DNA of 64,000 nt from Massalongia carnosa. Lineage: Eukaryota. The notes below the pieces were generated by a model. The model was not told where the DNA came from. It searched no databases and saw nothing but the letters and a program-made list of their open reading frames with translations. A program made the position numbers and the translations under genes. How positions within the stretch are numbered: position 1 is the stretch's first letter; each line of letters starts with the position of its first letter. This document shows positions 25,480 to 37,300 of this stretch, in pieces. The stretch covers positions 3,100,001-3,164,000 of the forward strand of contig OZ287067.1 in the NCBI GenBank assembly GCA_965645245.1. Direction: 5' to 3'.

Positions 25480-28432
25480 CTATGATGGAAGCATAATAGG
25501 CTGCGGGTCGGACTCGTTGAGCAGTCTCGGGTCGATTGATAAGGGAAGGTCGGAGTTGACTGACGACGCCGGCGTCGGGTTATCGAGTGCGGTCTCGTCC
25601 GAGGTCCAATCAATGATCGAAAGCGGGCTTTCAGAGCCTGTGAAAGATGCTGCCGACGAACTTCGCTTCTCCTGATTTGCTATTGAGTCGATCGAAGGAA
25701 GAGAGTAACTTTGACTGAGGCCATCTTTATCTTCCATTCTCACTGGTCCCGTAGGAACGATAAGGTCGAGTGTCTCGAGCATTGGCGAGTCCATTGTTTC
25801 ATTGACATGCTTGTAAGGACTTTCCCCGTTCAGGAGGTCACAATGGTTCTCCAGCTTGACGTTCGCGCTGAGGAAAGCCTTCACATTCAGAGAAGACTGA
25901 CGTGTCAAGCGACGCCTTTTGATCGGATCGAGCTTGATGCGCTCAACGCAATGTACATCCTGACAGTGACACTGAAGATCTTGAATCGAGTCGAAAGAAA
26001 GTGCACAGCGTGGATCAGGACATGGGACAACCTTGCTCTCACCCTGTTCCATGGACCGGTTGTACCTATCTTCTAAATGCAAGAAATGTTCTTGCAGGTG
26101 CTCTTTCCAGCTCTGTTTAACGAAGAATTGATGGAAACGTTTCGTTGGTGAGAGCTTCAAATCGAAGAAACAGAAGAGACACTGCCCAGCAGTAGCAAGG
26201 GTTCGGCGGAAGATAAGTGGATTGCATTGAACTGGGAGCGTCTCGAGGTCGGTGAGATGGCGTTGACAATGCTCAAACCATCCGGCCCCACTGGTGATCC
26301 ATTCGTCGCACTGAAAACAGAGCTCGGCAAAGCCGTATTTCCTTTCAAGGTCGCCCTTGTGGCAACGGTAAATATGTTCCCACCTATCGCCAATACTGAT
26401 GCTGTAGAATCGAAGGGTGTCTGGTCAGCGAGTCCGCAACAACCGAGCATTTGGGAAATGAGAAAGGAGAAGACGAACCGATCCATATCCCTCGCACATT
26501 TGGGTACAGGGCAACGACCGTTTTCAGGCCGTAAGCTTGGACGATACGCCACCCGCGGATTCTCTATGCACAATGTGATCATGTCCTGAAGTGCGCTGCG
26601 GCCCTGCACACTGCGGAGGGGAACGTTGAGGAAGAGCAAAGATGCCAGCCGATCACGTGGCGGATCCAAACGGCGAATCCGGTTGAAGTAGCTTGGCAGA
26701 CTTGCGACTTGAGGTGCTTCATCCTCCGTGTTTGAGGCAATCTTGCGTGGTTGAATCTGCTGCCACTTGCTGAGCTCCTCGGACACGAGCTGGCGTTTCC
26801 GCCAATACAGTTCCTCTCGTCGAGCCCGAGTGGGCTGGGCTTCATCTTCTAACGTGATGCCCCGAAGCTTCTCCCCCAGTATTTCGATCTCCTTGTTAAT
26901 GGAGATGAAGTCGGCACAATTATCCAGGTTGGCTTCCACTTTTGCGGGTAGCGATTGCAACAGCTGAGGATGGTGATGGAGCGATAGCCCACGAAATCCT
27001 TCAAGATGGACAGTGCGACGTTTCTTGTTCCAGTAGCTGGCCATCCCGTCCACAGTGCTCAGCTCAGGCGCGTATGAGCCAAAGAAAGTGTCTGCGTTGT
27101 TATGGCCGGCGAATTTCATCCTTTCGGCGATCGAGTAGCCATTATCTTTAGCCGAGTCAGTGTTTCTCAACGGTTGTGTTTCGTCCACAAAAACTTACCA
27201 TCGGCTTTGACAAGGGCTTCTCTTCGAATATCATGTATCCCGATGTTTTCCTCGTACCCGGCCCGATGTCCCAGATCCACCGTCCGATTGCTGAAGGAGC
27301 TCGCTCCATGGATCTTTCCGGTGGGTCCATCCGCAGACACTATCTGGAAGAAAGGTACACGAAGTATATCCTTCCTGATTCGAAGGTGGTGCAAGGACCC
27401 ATCCGGAGGTGGTGGAATCGCCTCGATCTCTTCGAAAGACCCATAGTCCTGGAAGGCGTGATCCGCGAGGGCGATTGCCAACAAAGGTAGCACTGGGTTC
27501 GCAAACAGCGGCTCCATGTCCTCATACATGCCATGCTGTGGCCTAGAATCACACCGGAACAGTCAGCAAGGATTGCCCCTAATCATGTTTCCGAAGCTTT
27601 GGACAGCGGAGTAACCTTTTGTGTGGTGTCTGTGAAAAGCCTTTTGCGTCCCTTGTGACTCGCACACCAATCTCCGCCTCTCCTTTTTCATTCTTAAATA
27701 CGGCGAAATCGATTGTCTGCTCGCAGCGTAAGCGCGATGCCCGACAGCTTTCTTAGTCAATAGTGCCTTAGAGGATCACTCCACTCACCTCGTATAGTAG
27801 TCCACGGCCGGAGCCTCTGCGCATGTTGGATTCAAAATACTCGCCCACTCGCGCCGACGAGTAGATGAACAGCATATAGGCAGCGTGGTCCTGTGCGAGG
27901 ATCCGTCCATGTCTGTATTGATGCCAATCTTTCGGCCACATATGCTTGATGACAATGGCGAAGTGGTTCACCGTCATGAAGTGCCGAGTTCGCCGAGTCG
28001 CTTCCAATCGGCGCCAAAGTCTGTCCGCTTCTGAAGCATGGTATACATAGACGGCTCCTTCTTACCGGCACTGCAGCCGCGCACAACACCCTCTATGAAG
28101 TGCTTTGCCGTTTTTATAGTGTGAGGACTGGCACCAGGGTTCCTTCTAACGTACCTAGTCCACCGAGACAAGACACCGTCAGTAAGGGTCGTACAATATT
28201 TCGTAGTGGTGGGGGAAGACATGAAGACTCACTCATCCCAGAGGACCAGCATCCGGTTATAGTTGATTTCAGTGCCAGACTCGAGGTGCTTGGACACCTT
28301 GTCGCTATTGATATTGACCTCGATCAAGGACTCCAGACCATTCGTTTCCGCATCATCAAAGAACTGCGCTGCAGTCCTCTTTTTCTGTATTATTGGAGTC
28401 GAGGTTGGGGAATGCCCTGGCTACCGAGACGT
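25480..28432 (-). pseudogene. DUF3435 tyrosine recombinase (Starship captain), inactivated
   Basis: Spliced translation contains SSARVGE (R), DAKG (K), NPVLPLLAIALAD, HDIRRE (HxxR), AGH...SY (H,Y) and C-terminal Cys/His zinc-finger-like motifs; 5 GT-AG introns. Start context ACG TCT CGG TAG (28432-28421) and a frameshift at ~28000. Confidence 0.92.
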
Positions 28433-28719
28433 ATAGAGCGAAGAGAGGCAGAGGCTGTGATATGTGGAGTGGATATGAGATGACAACGGACACAATGGCG
28501 TATTTGGTACACAGATGAGTTGCCACAGGCCGCAGGCAATTAGAAGTCAAGGGGAAGACCAAGAGCGAAAGAGCAAGATGGCAAGAGCAGAAGATAACAT
28601 GGTGGGCGGTTGATGGAGCCATAACCGGCTCCTCTCTAATCAGCATCCAAAACGAGCTGAATGGACTCTCTCGTTTAAACTTATCAGAAAGCATTACCAG
28701 CTAAAGAGAAGGAAGTGGC

Positions 28720-28836
28720 TGAGGGGGAGCACGGGGGAGCAACGAGGGAGCAGGGGAGAGCAATGAGGGAGCAGGGGAGAGCAATGAGGGAGCAGGGGAG
28801 AGCAGCGAGGGAGCATGGGGGAGCAGAGGGAGAGCA
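28720..28836 (+). repeat. 21-bp purine-rich tandem repeat x~5.5 (GAGGGAGCAGGGGAGAGCAAT) upstream of captain
   Basis: Directly visible; two perfect copies plus degenerate ones. Confidence 0.9.
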
Positions 28837-29070
28837 CATCGACGAAACGGGCGTTAGCGGGAGAGCAAAGCGGCGGCACCTTAGTCAGCGAACGGTCACG
28901 TGTTGGCTTGGGTTCGGGGAAGATATATATCTTTATATCTATATAGCTAACTATAGAAAGAATATCATACATACTTCTAACAGAACATGCTTTCAAAAAC
29001 TCCCGCCAACTCCCCCTTTCGTAAAAACTCTAATAAATCTGTGCAATCATAACGCCTGTCCAGCCCGAGC

Positions 29071-30027
29071 CTACGGCGGCAGCCCAAGATTCCGGATCCA
29101 AGCATCCGCATACTCCCCCTCCCTCGCCGCCTTCTCCTTCTTCTCCATATTTCTCCACAGCTTCACGTTCAGCGCTTGTCTCTCAACACACCACTCCCCC
29201 AACATCCTCTCCATCTCCAGCCTGAGGCCGAACCGGTCCAGCGCCTCCTCCAACACCATCTCCCTCGTCAGCTCCTCCTCGCCCACGTCCCCTTTCTCCC
29301 ACGCAAACACCCACTCCTCCACGAACTGGCGATAGAACTCCCGGCCGGCGATCTTCTTGCGGTCATTGGCATTCATGTCGGCGACACCACGTGCAAATGC
29401 CGCTTTTCGCACTAACCGCCCGCCGGCGAGGAAGGCGAACATGTCCGCTATGCGATCCCAGCCGCGCGCGAATTCCGCGGCGTCCAAGCCCAAGAATGCC
29501 AGCACGATGGCCGGGTCGCGTGTCAGGAGGAGCATGCTGCCAGGGCGGTTGAGGGCCTCAATTTCGGCAATGTGCACATGCAGGCCACGGGCGTTGGCGG
29601 TGAGCCCGACGTGGCGAATCGCGGTGCCGAGGATGTTCCACAGGTCGCCATGGGCGGTGTGGCAGCTTTGCCAGGCGAAGGCAGCGGCGCTGTCGCAGCG
29701 CTGCACGTCCAGCTGCACAAAGAGGGTCCCGTCCACGTCATCCGGGTGCGTCACGGCAAAGGACGTGAGGGGGCCGGCGGTGTGGAATTTGACGGCCGAA
29801 AGCGTGGACGCGAGGGAGAGGATCGTGGGTGGGTCGCGGGGGTCGCGGGGGAGAGCAACGAGGATGTCGATGTCCCCGTGAGAGGACTTTTCGGGGGCGT
29901 CGGCAGGGCTGACGACGTGGGTATAGAGGGTTAGAAGGAGGGAAAGGTATTTCTCGCGGAGCTCGTGGTAGGTTGAGGGGGCAAGGCGTGGGGTGAGGAG
30001 TTCCGAGGTGAAGACTTTACCGCCTAT
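29071..30027 (-). pseudogene. Pol-beta-type nucleotidyltransferase-like fungal protein; start codon reads ATA
   Basis: Open frame of 318 codons plus stop, beginning ATA GGC GGT AAA GTC TTC ([M]GGKVF), with KSSHGDIDILV, FVQLDV and HGDLWNILG; no ATG near the start. Confidence 0.65.
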
Positions 30028-30400
30028 GGTTTCTTCGTGGGTAGAATTATTATATAGGTAGTTGTTCGTTTGGAGTTTGGGGGAGCTTCACGAAATAATT
30101 ACTTCCACAGTCAACCCATAGCGATGGATTTTATAGTATTTCCAAGTACCCTAGGCCACGAATGAACAATCAGTGAAGCGCAGAGGGGATGACTCACAGA
30201 GTACTTTGGTAAGGTATGAAGGTACTCTGTACCTTGTAGGCACTGCATACAGAGTGGCAGAACAATTGCCTGAGCTCCATCTTTAGTAACAAGCACGTGC
30301 TAGACTCACTAATTGGTTGGCTTCACCGCTAACGGCTTCCAGAGTAGTGGCAAATTACGCGAAACCCCCAGCATTATGGAGAAACTCTCTCATCGCGCAA

Positions 30401-31678
30401 ATGACCAGCTCGGACGGAATCGGTCCAGAAGGAAGCAAACTGGTGATGTACGAGGATCTAGCTGAGATAGAAAAGCAGTTTGAAGACGTGGAAGTGAACC
30501 TCTGTATGTCGAAAGGGTCTCACCTACTCTACAAATCCTTAACGTGATATCTGGTGGAATCTGCATCTCCACTCGAGAACCCTCTGATCCCCTCGTTGGT
30601 TTATCGTGAGCTGACTGCTGGGGCATCACAACGCAGTGCGCCACAACTATATTCTTACCCAGCCCATTTATGCAGAGCGGGCCAAACTTGTTCGGAGGAT
30701 TCCGTACTTCTGGGCCATTGTCATCGAAGAAGCCCCAGAAGAAATTGACCGTCGCATCCAGCCCTGCGATACCGCGGTGTTGAGTTCTCTTCAAAGAGTT
30801 GAAGTAACGCGCTTTGAAATTTCGCCCGAGGCTCCCGAGGCCGGTGAGCCAAGAAGTGTAAAAATCGCCTTTTTCTTCGGTGAGAATGCATGGTTCGAAG
30901 ACCGGGTTCTTGAGAAATGTTTCTGGTACCGTACGGGGAAAGATGGATGGACAGGACTCGTCAGTGATCCTGTACAGATTCATTGGAAGGAGGGAAAAGA
31001 TCTGACAGAGGGTCTGCTGGACGAAGCCGTGAATGTGTTTAAGACCGATGCAGAAATTAAGAGATATCCGGACCAAGTTCAAAGTAGCTTAAGCAAGGGG
31101 CAAAGCAAGCAGAATCAATTGTCTGAAATGATACGAGTTCACAAATCTCTCGTTCAAAGGCTGGTGAATCATTTGAGAAATACGCCACAAGACGCTGTGA
31201 GCTTTTTCGCCTGGTTTGGATATCGAGGTAGAGATATCAGCGCAGGAGTATCGGCAGAAGCGATGAGGAAGGAGGTGCGAAAGAGAAAGCTTTTCAAGGA
31301 CGAGGGAACCTCCACATCGGGAGACGACATCGTGGTAGATAACTACGAGGACGAGCCCAAGGATTCCGAGGCCATTGCTACCAGCGAATTTGAGGGAAGG
31401 GAGCTCGACTTTGAGATTTTCCCAGCGGGAGAAGAGTTGGCAGTTGCTATCAGTGAAGATCTCTACCCAGGTGCAATAAAGTATTTCAGTGAGTTTTGGA
31501 GCTCCCGATCTAACCAACTCTTATAGCCGGAACTGATGAATCCCCAGCTCAGGCCCAAGAAAAGGACGCAACAGAGTCTGATGAGGAAGAAGAGGCCAGT
31601 TCAGGTAGTGGTAATGGTAGTGAAAGCACGTCGCCTGGAGATGAGCCTGCCGTAAAGCGATTGAAGACAGCTGCATGA
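30401..31678 (+). CDS. NAP-family histone chaperone (Vps75-like), 2 introns
   Basis: PIYAERAKLV-RIPYFW, FFFGENAWF, SDPVQIHWK, SFFAWFGY, EDLYPGAIKYF, acidic tail. Confidence 0.88.
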
Positions 31679-34304
31679 ATGTCGCACGCAAGGTAGATGA
31701 TGACTAATTCAGGCCTGAAAAGCTTATCGGAAAATATGCGAGTTTGCAAATGGACGAGCAAGCTCTCTAGAGTACAATCTCGATGGAGTCTCAGAATTTG
31801 TCAGCAAAGTAGTTGTCGTGATGTATGAAGTTACAGAGTATTCTGATGTCATCTGCCGTCGCATCGAGCGCTCTATTCGGCCTCTCCATGTTGTAATGTG
31901 ATCTTGAAAGCACAAGCTTGTCGAACGCTTCAGACATGTACATGACATTGAGCTGTCAGGTGTACACGATGCAGCAGAGGCTCCTATCATTGTGATGAGC
32001 CCAATGTTGCTGGGGATATATATCGCTATAGAGCACTCAGAGCTCAATCTATCCCTTTCTCTTCGTTGCATATGCCACTCCTGCCTCTGCCTTTATGGCT
32101 TATGCAAGTGTAGGTGAACTTTCCCTGATTGCCTTCTTTATTTAGTCCTTATAACCTCGAAGCAAGTGTCCCCGCAGTGTACTTTTATTAAGATGATATT
32201 GGCAGTTGCTTGATGCTCGCTTGCATAATGGCTGTCATAGTTTGCGCTGTACAGTGGTGCTTCGTCTTCTTGCTCTTTGGGCTGGGAATGAAAGACATCT
32301 GACCTGCTGCATAACCGCTCCAGTCAGAAGGACCCCGCGCCTGTCGGTGTTAATCAGTTATCTGCCACTAAAGGCAAAGCTGCTCTAACCAAGATCATGC
32401 ACGGGCAATGCAGCCGTGATGGTGGCTGAGAAGCATGGATACATGCAAACGGTTGTCCTCCTAGCAAGGCAGGCCGGCAAGTTCAATTCAGACTGTCTTC
32501 ACCATTAGCTGATGTCAGTTTGCGCCGTTGATACCCATGTCGGATGTACAGTCAGAGAACCGCATGCCGAATCCGGCTTTTTTCGCCAATATGGGTGTCA
32601 GAGGTAGTTGCTTCAGGGGATATCGAGAAATTTATGCTATGAATGGTTAGGTCTAATGATGCTACTCGTTTGACTTTAAGCATCCACATTCTTCTTACCC
32701 TCATATTATCTCGAACGAACTAGGTATGTAATACTTTATACTGCTTCAGCATCTAAGTTAGAGATTCTACCATCGATTAGGGATCCTAGAACCTAGAGTC
32801 AGGTTACAGTTATCCTCCAGGGCGTCTGTAGAGAGCTCTCACTTTTTGCCAAAGTCTCGCAGACATTTATATATCAGCGACACCTCAAGATTCTGTCAAA
32901 AATTTACAATCTCTCGTCTGTCGGTAGCATTTTACAACCATGACTAACTTTCGATAACCCTCCAGACAACGCATGCATAAGTAGATAGGTAGCCAGACAA
33001 CGAGTAGACTACCGTTCAGGCTTTAAGCTGCTAGGTGCCTTAAGTATTTAGTGAAGTCAAATCATCCAGGGTAGGGTAGCGAAGGAAGAAATCCAAGCGG
33101 ATATAGAAGAAGAGGCTACACGTTATGAAGGTAATGTATGTTTTCCACCAATCCCTTTCGAGAGAGGCAGGATGGTGAGCTGTCCAGCTGGGGCTCAAGA
33201 GGCCAAGCTGCCATTCACGATGTTGTCAGTGATCAAATCAAACGCCGGATAGACAATACCACTGCCGATGAACGGTACCTGTGTCCAATTTGAATCAAGT
33301 TTCCTATTTGCACCTAACGCCCTGCTCCTGAACACCGGCAGTTCATACCCTATAGTCAGCATCCGAAAGTGCTGCACGTTCTCAGTCTCCCATTGTATTG
33401 CTCAGCACATCCTAGTTGTATGTGAGCAAGCTTACGGGATGTCAGCATGATATTGTCGTCACTGGACTGTGTTACTGATTATCCATCCAATCTGTAACTC
33501 TGTGTCAGATATACTTTCAAATCGTGCAAGTCCGACCTTATCCGAATACTGCATTGCATCGCATTAAAAGTAACCCGCATGAGTGCGGGGAAGTAAATGC
33601 CGCAACGTTTCCGAAAAAGGCCATTTGATCTCAACCCTGAGAGTTCCATTTCCTCTTCAGAGAGTGATTTGTACGGATTAGGGTCTGCTGCGATGTCGAT
33701 TGCCATTAGGGTAAGTGGATAAGGTTAGACGTTAGGGTTGCGGGCGAGCGGGTGGGTGCGGGATCGGAATCGAAATCGGAATCGGAATCTAAAAAGGCCT
33801 AAAACCTAATTCTTTTCGGAACTGCCGCCGTCATTTGTGCGATGGTTTGCTTTCGATCTGCAGCGATAGGGAAGATATCCTCCTTTGCACGCCGAAAGCG
33901 CCTAATTCAATGCAGCATAGTTCACGTACAGATTTGGTCTGATTGCAGCTTGTGAATTAAATTCTTAAGCCGAATGAGTATGTAGACCGCCCAACTATAG
34001 GGCATCCCTCTGAGCAGGGTTCTGAAAGTAAAAGCATGGATAAAGGTAGCCCTTCGTACCGGACGATGAGAGCCTCTTTCATCTGGGAGAAGCTATCAAA
34101 AGGTAAATAACGACTCCATATGACTTCTTGGTTGGTTGACCTTTCAGATCGGCAGGATGAAGTCCCTACACTAAAGGGCCCATAGCTGAAGGAAAACCGA
34201 AAAACTCATTGGGCATCTCGAATGTAACCTTCGAAGGCGAGAGGGAAATGATTGCAGCGAACTGTTTACGGACCCTAGGTTTCAGTCCTGCGGCTTCGTA
34301 GGCA

Positions 34305-34320
34305 GGGGGGGGGGGGGGGG
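34305..34320 (+). repeat. poly-G tract (~16 nt)
   Basis: Directly visible. Confidence 0.8.
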
Positions 34321-37300
34321 TTTGCCTGTATTGGTGCCAGCGGCGTAAACCGAAAAACATGTAGGTGTCGTTGAGGAGCCTGTATGTGCCAAGGGAGCGC
34401 TGCAAACTTTCCAGCGTTGTCAAGCAAAGACCTCAATACAGGAAAGTTAACGTTCGATCACATACAAAGTGCAGTAAAGCTATTCACTAAAGAAATATTT
34501 GGGGGTCACATCCAAGTTTTGTTTCGTAGAAACGGTTGAATTTGTCAATGCGGACGGAAATTGCTCGCTCGGAGTAAGAAAAGTCGAGTGCACATTCTTA
34601 TCAAGAAAAATGATCGAAAGCTCTGAATAGCTTTTAAGCTTTTAATCTAAAGATACAAAAAGGTAGATTAATTGACAGTTGTGTTGAAGCACCAGTGAAA
34701 TGGCGACAATGAGAAGAGCAGAGAGACGGAGCTCGTTGGATAGTGAAAGTGCAGCCTATGTGCAGCAAAAACCTACCTGTTACCTCCGGGATTGTTGCTG
34801 CCGGTGTCCTTTGTAACTCAAGACATGGGTGGTTATATGCGTTCAGCAACGATAGAAATTAAAAGACAAATATAGGCATTTCTTCTGCATATTTGATTTA
34901 TCAGTGATCCATATACTTTTCAGCCCGTTCTCAGCACTCCGTCTTCGTGCGAGTAAGGTTATTACTAGTAGTCAAGATCGAACAGAAATATCAAATGCCC
35001 ATTTGCTCGCATTACAGGTGCAGCGGCAATAAGAGCGGGTAGGGCGTGGGGTAACAAGAGATTGCCTAAACCATTTTTCTTAGTCTTCTTCTTTGGGGGC
35101 CATTTGGGATGCAGCAAAGGAGAGCCTCTCGCCATCCGATCGGAGACTGGATACGTCAAAGACGAGTCATTTTGATGACGAGGATGTTCGATGACCTTCG
35201 TAGGACAACAAAGGTTAAGAGCATTCAAGAGGCAAGCCAAAGGTTAATAAATACACAACTACGAATTAGACTAGACTGTATCCAAGATTTCCAAAACTGC
35301 CACCCCTTCGGTTTTCCCGGAGCATTCTTTGCAAGGCATTCCGTACAACTCCCCTTCTGGCGGCGTCGGCTGCCTCTGATCCCTAGTAGACGAGAGAGCG
35401 AAATGAAGCGGCAGCTACTTTCTCACTCGCTTCGGATCCGAGCCATCAAGATTAAAACTCGAAAGGAACAATCCCCGCTTCTCCAATTTTTGCCACAGAG
35501 TACCGAGTCCTGATAGCCTAATACGCATGTTCGGAGCCCGGACACTTGATCATTTAGCTTTCACCTTGAAGATGGATCGAGGAGACGTGCTGTTCAGGCA
35601 GGGTGCGGAGCATTACTGCTCATCACGAATTGCCCTGTAGTCTATGCTCTGTACTCTGTACGTACGATTTCTGTATGTGGTAGTGTAAACTGGCTCCCAG
35701 CGCAAGAGTTGCCTTATTCAGTTCTGCGGGGAAGCGAGGACCGAGCGTAGTTACAGAGTCAAGGAGTACGTTCCAGAGGATTAGCAAAGGTACGTGACCC
35801 AGCAGCCCCCGATGGCAGAGGCAACCTCTTATGCTTCGAGTTAGGCATGTAGAGTAAGAATAATTCACACCAAGAGAGGTACTTTGTGCTCTGTACAGAT
35901 GATTCACAACTGATAGAAGTTTCACGTTAGTAAGACTGCAAAGATCTGGTGCTCGTTCTTAGTGTAAAAGTCGGGCCTGATTGGTCGTCATTGGTAGTCA
36001 TTGGTGAACCACCCGCTTGCCTTGAACAATGTTTGCAACAGATACGGATACTCTGTACAGTACATAACATTACTATGTACTTCGTACCTACATATCTACC
36101 AAGGTTCGTACCTACGAAACATCGCATCCCCTTCACTAGCAATCGCTACTCAAGCGACTTTTGTCGACACGGCCGCTTTGATACTTCTTTAGCACAACGT
36201 CTAGTTACAGAGTAAATTCGGGATATGTGAGGAGACAGCTCCATCGATGCCTCTAGACAGACTGCCGAGTACGTCACTACGAATTTTCATACTAATAAAA
36301 AGCCGAACGGAACATGCCGAAGAGCGGCAAAGGCACTCGATGCCCAAAGGTAACGTTAGCCATCATATGCACCTACGGAGGAAGAGCAACATAAGGTAGT
36401 TCGCTGTGCTACGGCTTCGCACGAGGAACAAAAAAAACCTCCATGCTCCAACTCCATATCCCCGACCCGCACAAAGTTGATATCTGACTTCCAACGTGCC
36501 ATCATTCAGGGCTTTTTGACAGTAGTACATAGTTCATAGGTACCTACATATGCAACTAATCAACCCAATTCGAAATTCTCCATATCGTGCCTAGCCTTTC
36601 CACTTCAGCATGAAAGATGTTGCACCATGAACTTGTATGACCCGGACTATTGTTACTTCGGAGTTGTGCACTGTGGTTATACACGATGCTGTAACTACCA
36701 AAAGCCACGATATGTCATACTAGCATTACCGTGTCGTTATGCATAGAAGATCACGTCGGTGACATGCGATTCGATGGAGATACCGAAGATCGCCCCGTTG
36801 AGTCAAGCCTGCATAAAGTCGGCTGGGAGGGCTGGGTGGTTGACGAGGATGCGCAGTGCCAGCGTATGCATGGGTGATCATTGCAATCGGTGTGGGTTCT
36901 CGTTTTTGAGACAAGGTCATCCGCATCCTCGACGATTGGGTCCCGGGTACGAGTCCCTTGAATCTTGATTGTTCGGAGGTTTCCCATTCCAGATCAACAA
37001 GCGCACCCGTCAAACTTACCATCAAATTCCTTCTCCAATCCGATTGGGAACGACACGAAGGAGTCTGGCGATTCGCTCTTCATCGCGGACCAGGGCAATC
37101 GAACCAACAATGTAGTTCGCCTACGCAACCAATCCAACTCATAAACGCCAAATGCCTCCAACGCCTTTAAAGATACCTTTCTTTCAATGGAACACTCGCT
37201 CCAGAGCCGAATTGACGATAGCGCCAGTCTCGATCGGCCACGGCACATCAAGACGCAAAGCTGCAACAATTAAACTTCCGACTTGGGCTTGTCTTTCGCT

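Larger units (their letters stand above)
1..28920 (-). mobile_element. Starship-type giant transposon (derelict); captain end near 28.9 kb, distal end not located
   Basis: DUF3435 tyrosine recombinase is the first gene at the right end pointing inward; adjacent patatin-like gene and distal DUF3723 gene are known Starship accessory families; cargo is heterogeneous and heavily mutated. Right boundary inferred from the shift to an AT-rich tract and a host gene 3' end at ~28,920. Left boundary could be at ~2.3-3.1 kb or outside the window. Confidence 0.85.

Noticed and set aside
28840..29000. Possible 5S rDNA/tRNA target or TTAC-type direct repeat at the Starship end
   Set aside because: No recognisable 5S or tRNA sequence, and no matching repeat found by eye at a left boundary
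28715..29335. 206-aa plus-strand ORF with AMREQGR repeats
   Set aside because: By-product of the 21-bp tandem repeat and antisense overlap with the 29071 gene
33705..33790. TTAGGG-like words and GGAATC repeats
   Set aside because: Only two dispersed TTAGGG copies; not a telomeric array
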